Shown: positions 38,473 to 48,622 of the stretch, in pieces | How positions within the stretch are numbered: position 1 is the first letter of the stretch | How the letters are laid out: each line of letters starts with the position of its first letter | DNA from: Flavobacteriaceae bacterium | GTDB lineage: Bacteria; Bacteroidota; Bacteroidia; Flavobacteriales; Flavobacteriaceae | DNA length: 64,000 bases | Reading direction: 5' to 3' | Assembly: GCA_028279515.1 (NCBI GenBank) | Contig: JANQNQ010000009.1 | Location: forward strand, 194,429 to 258,428 | The notes under the pieces: generated by a model | The model's database searches: none | Told to the model about the DNA's origin: nothing | What the model saw: the letters and a program-made list of their open reading frames with translations, nothing else | Program-made: the position numbers and the translations under genes

Positions 38473-40659
38473 ATGTCAACATTACGATTTCAAGCATTAC
38501 AAGAGACATTTAATAGAAAACCAATAGCCGTTGAAGAAAACGGAAGGCGGTCTGCCATCTATGGTGAAAATGTATTTGACGAGAATACGATGCGTCAAAG
38601 CCTCACCAAAGATGCATACAACAGTGTGATGGACGCCATCGAAAAGGGAACCAAGATCGATCGACGCGTAGCGGATCAGATTGCCGCGGCCATGAAAGAT
38701 TGGGCCTTGTCGAAAAATGTGACGCACTACACGCACTGGTTTCAGCCTTTGACAGGAGCTACTGCAGAAAAGCACGATGCTTTTTTCGAAACAATAGGTA
38801 ACGGGCAAGCTATCGAGAAGTTTGGTGGCGGACAGTTGGTACAACAAGAGCCGGATGCCTCTAGTTTTCCTAACGGAGGAATTCGTAATACCTTTGAAGC
38901 ACGTGGTTACACAGCATGGGATCCTTCTTCTCCTGCTTTTATATATGGTACAACGCTTTGTATTCCAACAGTATTTGTTGCCTACACGGGCGAAGCCTTG
39001 GATTATAAGACACCTTTATTGAGAGCGCTTCAGGCAGTTGATACGGCTGCGACCGGAGTGGCAAAATATTTTGATAAGAACGTGAGCAAGGTGAACGCGA
39101 CACTAGGGTGGGAACAAGAATATTTCTTGATCGATTCGGCCTTGGCAATGTCTCGTCCGGATCTTGTGTTGGCAGGGCGCACCCTTTTAGGGCATTCTCC
39201 GGCAAAGGGACAACAGTTAGACGATCATTACTTTGGATCTATTCCTGCACGTGTACTTTCCTATATGAGAAGTCTAGAGAAAGAATGCATGCTGCTTGGC
39301 ATTCCTGTAAAAACGAGACATAACGAAGTAGCGCCCAACCAGTTTGAGTTGGCACCTATTTTTGAAGAAGCGAACTTGGCAGTCGACCATAACTCATTGT
39401 TGATGGATGTTATGGAAAAAGTAGCGGCGAGACACAACTTTAAAGTGTTGTTCCACGAAAAGCCGTTTGCAGGAATCAATGGTTCGGGTAAGCATAACAA
39501 CTGGTCGTTGAGTACCAATACCGGAGTGAATCTATTGAGCCCTGGAAAGACTCCAATGAGCAACCTTCAATTCTTGACCTTCTTCATTAATACTATAAAA
39601 GCCGTAAATGACTATGAAGAATTAGTACGTGCTTCGTTTGCCAGTGCCAGCAATGATCATCGCTTAGGTGCTAACGAGGCGCCTCCGGCGATCATTTCAG
39701 TTTTTATCGGAGAGCAACTTACCAATGTATTACATGAATTAGAAGGCGTTTCTACAGGAAAGTTATCACCGCAAGAAAAAACAGACTTAAAGTTAAATGT
39801 AGTAGGAAAGATTCCGGAGATATTATTGGACAACACAGATCGAAACCGTACTTCTCCTTTTGCGTTTACAGGAAACAAGTTCGAAATGCGAGCAGTGGGG
39901 TCGAAGGCCAATTGTGCCAATCCAATGACTGTGCTCAATACAATCATAGCCAAGCAGCTGACGGAGTTCAAGAAAGAAGTAGATGAGCTTATTGATAAGA
40001 AGAAGCTCAAAAAGGATGAAGCCATATTTAACGTGCTTCGCGAGTACATCAAAGCGTCAAAGAGCATCTTGTTTGAAGGAGATGGGTATAGCGAAGCTTG
40101 GGAAAAGGAAGCGAAGAAAAGAAAGCTAAGCAACAATAAGACAACGCCCGAAGCACTAAAGGTACGTGTGGCCAAAAAGACCCTACAACTTTTTGAAGAG
40201 ATGGGCGTCATGAACAAGGTAGAGGCCGAAGCACGCCATGAGATCGAGGTCGAAGAGTATTCCCTCCGTGTACAGATCGAAGGTCGTGTGCTTGGAGACA
40301 TTGCTCGAAATCATGTAATACCCACTGCAATTAAGTATCAAAACATCCTCATTGAGAACGTAAGAGGCCTCAAGGATATTTACGGAACGCAGTTTAAAAA
40401 GGTAGCTTCTGAACAGATGGAGATCATTGAGCAGATCTCTGATCATATCGCCAATATCAACAAAGGAGTCACCGAAATGACCGATGAACGCCGAAAGGCC
40501 AATAGACTAGAAAAAGCTGGAGACAAGGCACAGGCATATTGCAACAAAGTAAAGCCGTTCTTTGAAGAGATCCGATACCACTGCGATAAACTTGAGTTAT
40601 TGGTAGATGATGAGATCTGGCCGTTAACCAAATACCGTGAACTTCTGTTCGTTAAGTAA
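38473..40659 (+). CDS. glnN: Glutamine synthetase type III
   Basis: ~728 aa, divergent from glnII. GS catalytic-domain segments are present (NGSGKHNNWS...). The start is taken at MSTLRFQ (ATG at 38473). Confidence 0.8.
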   Translation: MSTLRFQALQETFNRKPIAVEENGRRSAIYGENVFDENTMRQSLTKDAYNSVMDAIEKGTKIDRRVADQIAAAMKDWALSKNVTHYTHWFQPLTGATAEKHDAFFETIGNGQAIEKFGGGQLVQQEPDASSFPNGGIRNTFEARGYTAWDPSSPAFIYGTTLCIPTVFVAYTGEALDYKTPLLRALQAVDTAATGVAKYFDKNVSKVNATLGWEQEYFLIDSALAMSRPDLVLAGRTLLGHSPAKGQQLDDHYFGSIPARVLSYMRSLEKECMLLGIPVKTRHNEVAPNQFELAPIFEEANLAVDHNSLLMDVMEKVAARHNFKVLFHEKPFAGINGSGKHNNWSLSTNTGVNLLSPGKTPMSNLQFLTFFINTIKAVNDYEELVRASFASASNDHRLGANEAPPAIISVFIGEQLTNVLHELEGVSTGKLSPQEKTDLKLNVVGKIPEILLDNTDRNRTSPFAFTGNKFEMRAVGSKANCANPMTVLNTIIAKQLTEFKKEVDELIDKKKLKKDEAIFNVLREYIKASKSILFEGDGYSEAWEKEAKKRKLSNNKTTPEALKVRVAKKTLQLFEEMGVMNKVEAEARHEIEVEEYSLRVQIEGRVLGDIARNHVIPTAIKYQNILIENVRGLKDIYGTQFKKVASEQMEIIEQISDHIANINKGVTEMTDERRKANRLEKAGDKAQAYCNKVKPFFEEIRYHCDKLELLVDDEIWPLTKYRELLFVK

Positions 40660-40679
40660 CACAACCACATAAAAGTAGG

Positions 40680-40706
40680 AATCCCGCCATTGAGCGGGAT
40701 TTTTGT
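40680..40706 (+). terminator. Rho-independent terminator after glnN
   Basis: AATCCCGC-CATTGA-GCGGGATT followed by TTTGTT. Confidence 0.7.
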
Positions 40707-40919
40707 TAAAAAAATGTTAAAATTATATAAAAAACGACTATTAAAACCTCACCAAATAAGGTGGTTTTTTGCATAAAAATGTAACTACATCTGTTTTTTT
40801 TGTCTTTTAATCGATTTTGATGCAAATTTCTTACAAGAGTTATAAGTATTTCGTAGGTAGCGGTTTAAGCTGATTTTTTCATACTTTTGAATTGCTATTA
40901 ATCAATTAAATACTTAATT

Positions 40920-42152
40920 ATGAGAAATTATGTTCTAAGCATTGCGCTTGCTCTATGCGCTACTTTTGCTTTTGCTCAAAGCAACGACAGTGATGTCGAT
41001 CAATCCGGAACTTTAAACATGGCGAACGTTAACCAAGTGGGGTCTGATAACAGCTCTGAGGTTGACCAATATGGTGCTAATACCATCTTCAGCGGTATTA
41101 ACAACCAAGCTTATGTAGACCAATTTGGGGCTGACAACACGTCTAAAGTGAAGCAAGCAGGAGATTACAACCTAGGAGTTGTAGACCAAAGTGGAACATG
41201 GAACTACGCCAATATCGATCAAGGAGTTGGATTCGCTGAGTACAACGAAGCGTATGCGACCCAGATCGGTGATGAGAACTCTTCGTACCAAAAACAACGT
41301 TTTGACAACAACGAAGCGAGAATCACTCAAATCGGAGCTCGTAACACTTCTGTTCAAGACCAAAGCAGCGGACCTGATGGATCGCCTGGAAACTACGCTT
41401 ATGGTGAGCAGTGGGGAACTGACAACTACTTGAACCAAAAGCAAGTTGGACACTTGAACAACGCTACTTCTCTACAGGGAAGCGGATCTTTTGATTCAAG
41501 AGGTGGAATCGTTGGACAAACGCAAACTGGTGACGGAAACTCTGCTTTCGCAAACCACGAAGAGGATGACAACGAAATTTACCAAACACAAACTGGTTAC
41601 GGAAACCAAGCCGAAGCAAGACAAAACCTTGGATACTTCGGAGGTGACAATGACACTTACCAAGATCAAACTGGTACTGGAAACATTGCAAGATCTAAGC
41701 AAGAGCGTGTTGGTAACGTTGTAGACCAAGATCAAGTAGGAAACTACAACCTAGCTGAAGCTGATCAAAGAGGTTTCTACAACAACGCTATCCAAGAGCA
41801 AAACGGAGATGATAACGGAGCCTTCTCTTACCAAAGAGGAGATGACAACACATCTTACCAGTCTCAAGATGGAACCTTCAACACTGCATACTCTGCACAA
41901 TATGGAGCTGGTAACGAAGTTTGCCAAATCCAAGATGGTTCTATGAACGTTGCAGATTCTTACCAAGATGGGTATGACAACTCTAGCAGCATCAAGCAAA
42001 CAGGAATGGCTAACATCGCTATTGACACTCAATTAGGAGTTGACAACACTACGATGATCACGCAAAACGGAATGAACCACTTTAGCAATGTGCTACAAGT
42101 AGGATTCGGTAATGCAGCCACTGTAACTCAGCAAGATTTACCACAACCATAA
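40920..42152 (+). CDS. Curlin-repeat major amyloid subunit (CsgA-like)
   Basis: Signal peptide, then >12 imperfect repeats of the curlin type (S-x5-Q-x-G-x-x-N-x-A-x3-Q; e.g. VDQSGTLNMANVNQVGSDNSSEVDQYGAN...). 410 aa. Confidence 0.7.
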   Translation: MRNYVLSIALALCATFAFAQSNDSDVDQSGTLNMANVNQVGSDNSSEVDQYGANTIFSGINNQAYVDQFGADNTSKVKQAGDYNLGVVDQSGTWNYANIDQGVGFAEYNEAYATQIGDENSSYQKQRFDNNEARITQIGARNTSVQDQSSGPDGSPGNYAYGEQWGTDNYLNQKQVGHLNNATSLQGSGSFDSRGGIVGQTQTGDGNSAFANHEEDDNEIYQTQTGYGNQAEARQNLGYFGGDNDTYQDQTGTGNIARSKQERVGNVVDQDQVGNYNLAEADQRGFYNNAIQEQNGDDNGAFSYQRGDDNTSYQSQDGTFNTAYSAQYGAGNEVCQIQDGSMNVADSYQDGYDNSSSIKQTGMANIAIDTQLGVDNTTMITQNGMNHFSNVLQVGFGNAATVTQQDLPQP

Positions 42153-42189
42153 TCGTTAATTGGTTAAAAATCACTAACTTGAAGAAGGA

Positions 42190-42215
42190 GGGGGAGAAAC
42201 TTTCTCCCCTTTTTT
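42190..42215 (+). terminator. Stem-loop/terminator between the csgA-like and csgB-like genes
   Basis: GGGGAGAAA-c-TTTCTCCCC followed by TTTTTT. Confidence 0.6.
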
Positions 42216-42235
42216 CAACTTTAAACAAAGACACA

Positions 42236-42766
42236 ATGAACAGCAGATCGTACATAGCATTCATAGCGTTATTATGTTTTTGTATCCAAGGAATGGCTCA
42301 AAATGTAACTGGACAAGTAAGCGCAGATGACGTACAGGTTTCTGACCTGTTGCAGAGTAATACAGCGCTTCAGGCACAAGTTTTTGGTAGCCAGTCAGTT
42401 CAACAACAGTCGACCTCCTTACTAAACAACAATGTGTTTATTCAGCAGATTGGTGATGATAATGTCATCAATACAAGAATAGACACCAACCTCAATACCT
42501 CCTCACTTAGACTTACCCAAGCAGGCAATAGCAACATCATCGTGATTGACGAAAAGGCTCCAGAAGTTGTAAAGAACATTGTTCAGAATGGCGATAACAA
42601 CAAGGTCATTGACTTCTCATTAAACAGCCTTAATGCCACGAGCCTCGATTTGATTCAGAATGGAAGCAATTTGACGTTCGAAAAATTTGGCACCAATTCG
42701 TTGACCGAAAATTTGAAGTTTACAATGCAGGGAACCTCAAGAACCCTGATCATTCGAAGCTTCTAG
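42236..42766 (+). CDS. Curlin-repeat minor subunit/nucleator (CsgB-like)
   Basis: Signal peptide MNSRSYIAFIALLCFCIQGMAQ. Repeats IQQIGDDNVIN / LTQAGNSNII / IVQNGDNNKV / LIQNGSNL. The start is taken at the ATG at 42236. Confidence 0.6.
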   Translation: MNSRSYIAFIALLCFCIQGMAQNVTGQVSADDVQVSDLLQSNTALQAQVFGSQSVQQQSTSLLNNNVFIQQIGDDNVINTRIDTNLNTSSLRLTQAGNSNIIVIDEKAPEVVKNIVQNGDNNKVIDFSLNSLNATSLDLIQNGSNLTFEKFGTNSLTENLKFTMQGTSRTLIIRSF

Positions 42767-42781
42767 ATCGCCCACCAAAGT

Positions 42782-43543
42782 GTGATGAAATTTTTTAAGC
42801 ATATACAGAAAGGAGTGCTGCCTATCATATGCATTCTTTTCGCTCAATTGGGGATAGCCCAGTTCACGAACAAAGAAGTCGTTGCCAAGCTCGAGATCGA
42901 GCAGTTGGATGACATTTTGAACGTTGAAGCCAAGGCCTCTAATACAACAGATGTCTATAAAAGCTTATCGTACTCACTGGCGGTGATTCGCACAAACAAG
43001 CAAACTCAGAATCTATCGCGCAACGCGCAAGAAGGAAGATTCACACTAGAACCCAATGAAACCAAGAAAGTAGCCACAACGGCGATCAATTCTCAAGAAG
43101 AAGATAAAATCGTAGTACTGCTTTTGGTGTATGATGAAGATAGGAACATTATTGGCAAAGATCGTTTCGCCATTAATGAAGAAAAGAAAGAAGATGCGCA
43201 GACAGATGCGCAAAAAGAGAACATACCAAACGACGGCATCGAGATCAAAGGAATCGTCATCGATGAGACCAAAACGAAACCAGGCCGTGATTTCTATGAG
43301 TCGTTTTACAGTAAGTACACCCTGAATAAGATCAATGGAGAGAAGGTGGTGACAATTATAGAAAAGTTTAGCCTGGCACGAAGTACGATCATGGAGGTCA
43401 AGATCGATGATAACCTCATAGCGCAGTTTATCACAAGACCCGACTATGAGTATATCGAACAGATGTCAACACAATCGATTCGATTGGTATATAAGTACTT
43501 CCAAGATCTGAAAAAACAACGATCATATATAACGCAGTACTGA
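42782..43543 (+). CDS. CsgE-like curli secretion specificity factor with an N-terminal extension
   Basis: The C-terminal region GRDFYESFYSKYT...EKVVTIIEKFSLARSTIMEVKIDDNLIAQF parallels E. coli CsgE (GHDFYRAFSDKWE...). Signal peptide present. 253 aa. Confidence 0.5.
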   Translation: MMKFFKHIQKGVLPIICILFAQLGIAQFTNKEVVAKLEIEQLDDILNVEAKASNTTDVYKSLSYSLAVIRTNKQTQNLSRNAQEGRFTLEPNETKKVATTAINSQEEDKIVVLLLVYDEDRNIIGKDRFAINEEKKEDAQTDAQKENIPNDGIEIKGIVIDETKTKPGRDFYESFYSKYTLNKINGEKVVTIIEKFSLARSTIMEVKIDDNLIAQFITRPDYEYIEQMSTQSIRLVYKYFQDLKKQRSYITQY

Positions 43544-43581
43544 GAGCAGCGCTGCAACCATTAAATTCAACTACCACAATT

Positions 43582-43989
43582 ATGAAGTATTTACTAACAT
43601 TCCTTGTTTTTTGCTTCGTCGCATCGGCGTTGCAAGCGCAGGATCTGGTCTATCGACCCAAAAATCCTGCCTTTGGTGGAGACACCTTTAACTATCAATG
43701 GCTACTGAGTTCTGCCGAATCGCAGAATACCTTCACAGATCCCAACGCTCGGAATCAGGATGACCAATCAGACATCGAGCGCTTCACAGAGAATCTAAAC
43801 AGTCAGCTGTTAAATCAGATCTCCAGAACACTTTTCAATGAGCAATTTGGAACCGAAGGCCTCACCGAAGGTACCTTCAGTTTTGGTTCACTCTTCATCG
43901 AGATTTTCCCCTCCAATGAAGGGCTTGTCATCAACATTTTAGATACCAATACAGGCGATCAGACCCAAGTGATCGTCCCAAATGCTTAA
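43582..43989 (+). CDS. csgF: CsgF-like curli assembly protein
   Basis: VYRPKNPAFGGDTFNYQWLLSSAESQN matches the CsgF N-terminal RNPNFGGNP...LLNSAQAQN signature. Signal peptide present. 135 aa. Confidence 0.75.
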   Translation: MKYLLTFLVFCFVASALQAQDLVYRPKNPAFGGDTFNYQWLLSSAESQNTFTDPNARNQDDQSDIERFTENLNSQLLNQISRTLFNEQFGTEGLTEGTFSFGSLFIEIFPSNEGLVINILDTNTGDQTQVIVPNA

Positions 43990-44005
43990 TTTCAAATAAG
44001 GACAT

Positions 44006-45505
44006 ATGAAAGCGATAAGAAATATACTTATAGGGGCGATCTATGCGCTGGTTTTATCCAGTTGTGGCTCCTATTTTAATCAACCATATCAAGTAGAGAA
44101 AGCAAGGATCGGGGAGGCCACCGAGGTGGGCAAGAGGCTTAGGGAACTGCCCGAACCTGTGGAGCCCGTGGTAGTTGGGGTATACAAGTTTAGGGACCAG
44201 ACCGGGCAATACAAACCCAGCGAAAACGGTAGTACGTTCAGTACAGCTGTTACTCAGGGGGCCACCACCATCCTTGTAAAAGCACTTGAAGATTCTCAAT
44301 GGTTCGTCCCTATCGAACGAGAGAATCTTAGCAACCTGTTGAATGAGCGAAACATCATTCGATCAACACGTCAAGAGTATCGAAAAACAAGCAATCCAAA
44401 CGAACCACAATTACCTCCGTTACTGTACGCTGGTATTTTGTTAGAAGGCGGAATTGTTTCGTACGACTCCAATATCATCACAGGAGGTGTTGGAGCTCGG
44501 TACTTTGGTGTAGGCGGGTCAACGCAGTACAGACAAGACAGGATCACCATCTATCTAAGAGCCGTTTCTACCTCAAGCGGAAAAATCCTGAAGACGGTGT
44601 ATGTATCCAAAACCATTTTATCTCAAGCCATCGATGCCAACTTTTTCAGATATGTGAAATTCAAGCGTCTGTTAGAGGCCGAAACCGGATTCACAAAGAA
44701 TGAACCCGTGCAATTGGCCGTGACCGAAGCGATTGAAAAGGCCGTAGAATCCCTTATCATCGAAGGTCTTGAAGATAAGTTATGGACCGCAAAGACCGAA
44801 CCACAAGAAGTACAGGCCATCATCGAGAACTATAATCTCGAAGAACAAGAGGCCGATGCCACCCAGTTGTACAATCGATACCTGATTGAAAGACGTGGTA
44901 AAGACGTAATCGAACTTGCTGCAGGAGGAGCCATCATTGATGGAGATTATCCTAGCCCGCAAATAGAACATAATTTCAGGGCTGGTTATAAGCATTACAT
45001 CAATCCCTTCTTTAATATCGGAGCCTCCTTCAACAAGTTTGTGCTTGCCAACAAAGATGTACTCAACGAAGGCTTTCTATCCTTTGATGTCAACGCCGAA
45101 TACAATGTGTTACCGTATGACAAACTTACACCATTCGCATTTGCAGGTGGAGGCGTCAACTTCGCCAACGGACTCGAAGATGCTACGCCCAAGTTGCAAT
45201 ACGGAGCAGGGATGGAATACTTGGTCAGTGATGGCATTGGTATAAAACTATTTGGTGAATACAACATGACCTTTAGCGACGAATTAGACGGAGTTGCCAA
45301 CGGAAAACGAGATGATTTCTACTGGCGTGTTGGTGCTGGGGTAAATATCTATCTGACCAAACCATACTCGGCCGAAAATGAAGAACGAAAGCTAGAACGT
45401 CAACAACAGCGAGAGCTTAAGCGCGAAGCCAAAGAGCAACGTAAAGAAGAGCGCAGGCAGCGCAAAGCACAAAAAAGACAAGATAAAAACGAAACAACCA
45501 ATTAA
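44006..45505 (+). CDS. csgG: CsgG-like curli secretion channel lipoprotein with a C-terminal beta-barrel extension
   Basis: Lipobox LSSCG. VGVYKFRDQTGQ is equivalent to the CsgG VAVLPFRDLTG motif. 499 aa, against 277 aa in E. coli. The C-terminus resembles an OmpA-like barrel and has a K/R/E-rich tail. Confidence 0.7.
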   Translation: MKAIRNILIGAIYALVLSSCGSYFNQPYQVEKARIGEATEVGKRLRELPEPVEPVVVGVYKFRDQTGQYKPSENGSTFSTAVTQGATTILVKALEDSQWFVPIERENLSNLLNERNIIRSTRQEYRKTSNPNEPQLPPLLYAGILLEGGIVSYDSNIITGGVGARYFGVGGSTQYRQDRITIYLRAVSTSSGKILKTVYVSKTILSQAIDANFFRYVKFKRLLEAETGFTKNEPVQLAVTEAIEKAVESLIIEGLEDKLWTAKTEPQEVQAIIENYNLEEQEADATQLYNRYLIERRGKDVIELAAGGAIIDGDYPSPQIEHNFRAGYKHYINPFFNIGASFNKFVLANKDVLNEGFLSFDVNAEYNVLPYDKLTPFAFAGGGVNFANGLEDATPKLQYGAGMEYLVSDGIGIKLFGEYNMTFSDELDGVANGKRDDFYWRVGAGVNIYLTKPYSAENEERKLERQQQRELKREAKEQRKEERRQRKAQKRQDKNETTN

Positions 45506-45520
45506 GTAAAGTATAATACG

Positions 45521-47008
45521 ATGAGCAAATTAGTTAAAACCGCATTCTTGGCCATTTTAGTCATCACTTTAAATGGTTGTAGCGAAGATACCTTAGAGCA
45601 ATTCCCTACCGGAAAGATTACCGGTAAAGTGGTAACACTGGGAGATAACGAACCCATCGAAAATGTGAAAGTGTCGACGAACCCAAGTTCGAGCACCGTG
45701 TTTTCAGATGAAAACGGAGACTTCACTATCAATGATGTACGTGAAGGAGATTATTCGGTACAAGCCGAAAAAGAAGGGCTGTTGGATAATTTTGAAGGAA
45801 TCACAGTGACCGTAAATGGTACGGTGAATGTCATTTTTGAAATGCAACCCGAAACAGCAAATAACCGTCCACCAGATGCGCCTGTACTGATCACACCAGT
45901 CAACAACGCAACAGATTTAGGTGTTGAGGTGCTTTTAGAGTGGTCTGGTTCTGATCCTGATGATGATACGCTTACATACGAAGTTGAAATATTGAATGAC
46001 CAAAACTCAGACGTACTGGCCTTTGAAAATTTGACCGATACGACTTTAACGGTTTCTGGCCTTTCGTTTGGGTACAAATACTTTTGGCAGGTCTCAGCTT
46101 CCGACGGAATTAATAGTCCGTCGCAAAGTGAAGTGTTCACTTTTGAAACCTTAGACTTTCCGAACAATCGTTTTCTATATGTGAAGAAAGTGGGAGGAAA
46201 CAATGTGATCTATTCGTCCGATGAAGACGGCAATGAAATTCAACTCACCTCTTCTTCTAACAATAGCTGGAGACCTAGAAAGAGCGTAGTAGCTGATAAG
46301 ATCGCATTTCTGCGTACGGATGGCGCCGAAACACATTTGTATACGATGAATCCTGATGGTTCTGACGTATTCAAGGTGACCAACACAGTTTCGGTGAACG
46401 GTTTTGACCTCGATGAGGTAAAATTCTCGTGGTCAGGCAACGGCAGCCAACTACTGTACGCAAATTTTGACAGATTGTACACCATAAATGCTGACGGCAG
46501 CGGACTCCAAATGATCTATGAAACTGCCGACGGAAGCTTCATCACCGAATGTGATTGGAGCAACGATGGCACCCTGATCGCCTTGAAGACCAATAATGCC
46601 AACGGATATAATATTTCCATCTACACGATCAATATGGCCGGAACCATTCAAACAACGGTTTTATCTGGTGTTACAGGAGCCGCAGGCAACGTAAACCTTT
46701 CGGTAAACAATCAAAGGTTACTGTATACCTATGACGTTTCAGGATTTGAGAGCCCAGATTACCGCCAGTTAGATACCAAGATGTTTGTGTACGATTTCGG
46801 AACATCAACAGCTTCAGATGCCTCCCTCGGAAAACTTCCAGGGACGAATGATCTCGAAGCACGTTTTTCACCAAACGAAGCCCAAGTGATTTTTGTGAAC
46901 ACCTCAAATGATGGCCTTTCAGAACATAAGATCTTTATAGCAACCATTGGAGACCAAAACTCCAGAGCAGAAACATTTCCGGCGGCAACCATGCCAGACT
47001 GGGAATAG
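45521..47008 (+). CDS. Lipoprotein with a CarboxypepD_reg-like domain, an FN3-like domain and a TolB-like (PD40) beta-propeller
   Basis: Lipobox TLNGCS. N-terminal GKITGKVV...NVKVSTNP fold. DG-rich propeller repeats. 15 bp downstream of csgG, followed by tandem terminators. Confidence 0.55.
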   Translation: MSKLVKTAFLAILVITLNGCSEDTLEQFPTGKITGKVVTLGDNEPIENVKVSTNPSSSTVFSDENGDFTINDVREGDYSVQAEKEGLLDNFEGITVTVNGTVNVIFEMQPETANNRPPDAPVLITPVNNATDLGVEVLLEWSGSDPDDDTLTYEVEILNDQNSDVLAFENLTDTTLTVSGLSFGYKYFWQVSASDGINSPSQSEVFTFETLDFPNNRFLYVKKVGGNNVIYSSDEDGNEIQLTSSSNNSWRPRKSVVADKIAFLRTDGAETHLYTMNPDGSDVFKVTNTVSVNGFDLDEVKFSWSGNGSQLLYANFDRLYTINADGSGLQMIYETADGSFITECDWSNDGTLIALKTNNANGYNISIYTINMAGTIQTTVLSGVTGAAGNVNLSVNNQRLLYTYDVSGFESPDYRQLDTKMFVYDFGTSTASDASLGKLPGTNDLEARFSPNEAQVIFVNTSNDGLSEHKIFIATIGDQNSRAETFPAATMPDWE

Positions 47009-47020
47009 TTCCAACCAAAA

Positions 47021-47080
47021 TTTCTCTATAAGAGCATTCCGTTTTCGGGATGCTCTTTTTTTTATTCCTGCGAAGGCAGG
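47021..47080 (+). terminator. Tandem rho-independent terminators ending the curli operon
   Basis: AGAGCATTCCG-TTTT-CGGGATGCTCT followed by T8, then ATTCCTGC-GAAG-GCAGGAAT followed by CTTTTTG. Confidence 0.75.
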
Positions 47081-47443
47081 AATCTTTTTGCGTCCTGCAA
47101 TAGTTTCTATAAAAGTATTTGGGCGTTCCGTGAAGTGTGCTTCGCGCTACTTCACGGCGCGTTTTCCGCTTGTAGTTTTGCAAACCACAAATTAAAGTTT
47201 GCAAAAGCTATCACTGCAACCGCTAACGCTATTTTGGTCATTAGTCGTTGGTCGTTGGTAAGTCCTTGGTTTCTAGAATTAAGCTCCTCCCTTCAGTTGA
47301 AGGGAGGTGGCAGCACATAGTGCTGTCGGAGGGTTTGTCTTCAAATTTGCATAAAATGTTAGTGAATTCATGGCAAAACAAGATTTCTACCTTCGCAGGA
47401 ATTCACAACAAAAAAACTTACTTTTGCACCTCAACACAACACT

Positions 47444-48622
47444 ATGAGTTCAGAAGTTAGCAAACGATATAGCCAACGTGGCGTTTCGGCAAGCAAAGAA
47501 GACGTTCACAACGCGATAAAGAACATCGATAAAGGACTTTTTCCGAAGGCATTCTGCAAGATCGTTCCCGATTATTTGACCAACGATAAAGACCACTGTT
47601 TGATCATGCATGCTGACGGTGCAGGCACCAAATCTTCGCTGGCCTATATGTATTGGAAAGAAACGGGCGATGTTTCCGTTTGGAAGGGAATCGCACAAGA
47701 CGCCCTCATCATGAATATTGACGATCTTTTATGTGTTGGAGCCACTGACAATATCATGCTTTCTTCCACCATCGGAAGAAATAAAAACCTAATTCCTGGC
47801 GAGGTGATCTCTGCCATTATCAATGGTACCGAAGAACTGATCCAAGAGCTTAAAGAATTTGGAGTGACCATCCATTCAACAGGAGGGGAGACCGCCGATG
47901 TGGGTGATTTGGTTCGAACCATCATAGTTGACAGTACGGTGACCGCTCGTATGAAGCGTAGCGATGTAGTCGACAATGCCAATATCAAAGCAGGCGATGT
48001 AATCGTTGGATTGGCTTCTTTTGGACAAGCCTCTTACGAAAAGGAATACAATGGCGGTATGGGAAGCAACGGACTAACCTCTGCGCGTCATGATGTCTTT
48101 CACAACTATCTGGCAGCCAAATACCCTGAGAGCTTTGACCATGACGTACCTTCAGACCTTGTGTATTCTGGAAACACGAAGCTCACAGATTCAGTAGAAA
48201 ACGCACCTTTAGATGCAGGAAAACTGGTGTTATCACCAACGCGTACCTACGCACCGATCATTAAAGCGATATTGGCCAAATATACTTCAGAGACCATCCA
48301 CGGAATGGTACACTGTAGCGGTGGCGCACAAACGAAGATCCTTCATTTTGTGGATGACGTTCATGTCATTAAAGATAATATGTTCGAAGTGCCACCACTC
48401 TTCAAACTAATTCAAGAACAATCGAATACCGATTGGAAAGAAATGTATCAGGTATTCAACATGGGCCACCGAATGGAGCTATATGTTTCCGAAGAAATAG
48501 CCGAAGACTTGATTGCGATTTCGAAATCCTTCAATGTTGATGCCCAGATCGTAGGAAGGGTGGAAGCTTCCGATGGCAAAAAACTAACGATCAAAAGCGA
48601 ATACGGAACGTTTGTTTATTGA
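47444..48622 (+). CDS. purM: Phosphoribosylformylglycinamidine cyclo-ligase (AIR synthetase)
   Basis: PurM-family motifs DGAGTK and GGETAD. ~392 aa, the Bacteroidetes-type long form. Confidence 0.75.
   Translation: MSSEVSKRYSQRGVSASKEDVHNAIKNIDKGLFPKAFCKIVPDYLTNDKDHCLIMHADGAGTKSSLAYMYWKETGDVSVWKGIAQDALIMNIDDLLCVGATDNIMLSSTIGRNKNLIPGEVISAIINGTEELIQELKEFGVTIHSTGGETADVGDLVRTIIVDSTVTARMKRSDVVDNANIKAGDVIVGLASFGQASYEKEYNGGMGSNGLTSARHDVFHNYLAAKYPESFDHDVPSDLVYSGNTKLTDSVENAPLDAGKLVLSPTRTYAPIIKAILAKYTSETIHGMVHCSGGAQTKILHFVDDVHVIKDNMFEVPPLFKLIQEQSNTDWKEMYQVFNMGHRMELYVSEEIAEDLIAISKSFNVDAQIVGRVEASDGKKLTIKSEYGTFVY

Noticed and set aside
42179-42235. Upstream extension of the CsgB-like ORF
   Set aside because: The extension overlaps the terminator hairpin at 42190-42215. 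The signal peptide begins at the ATG at 42236.
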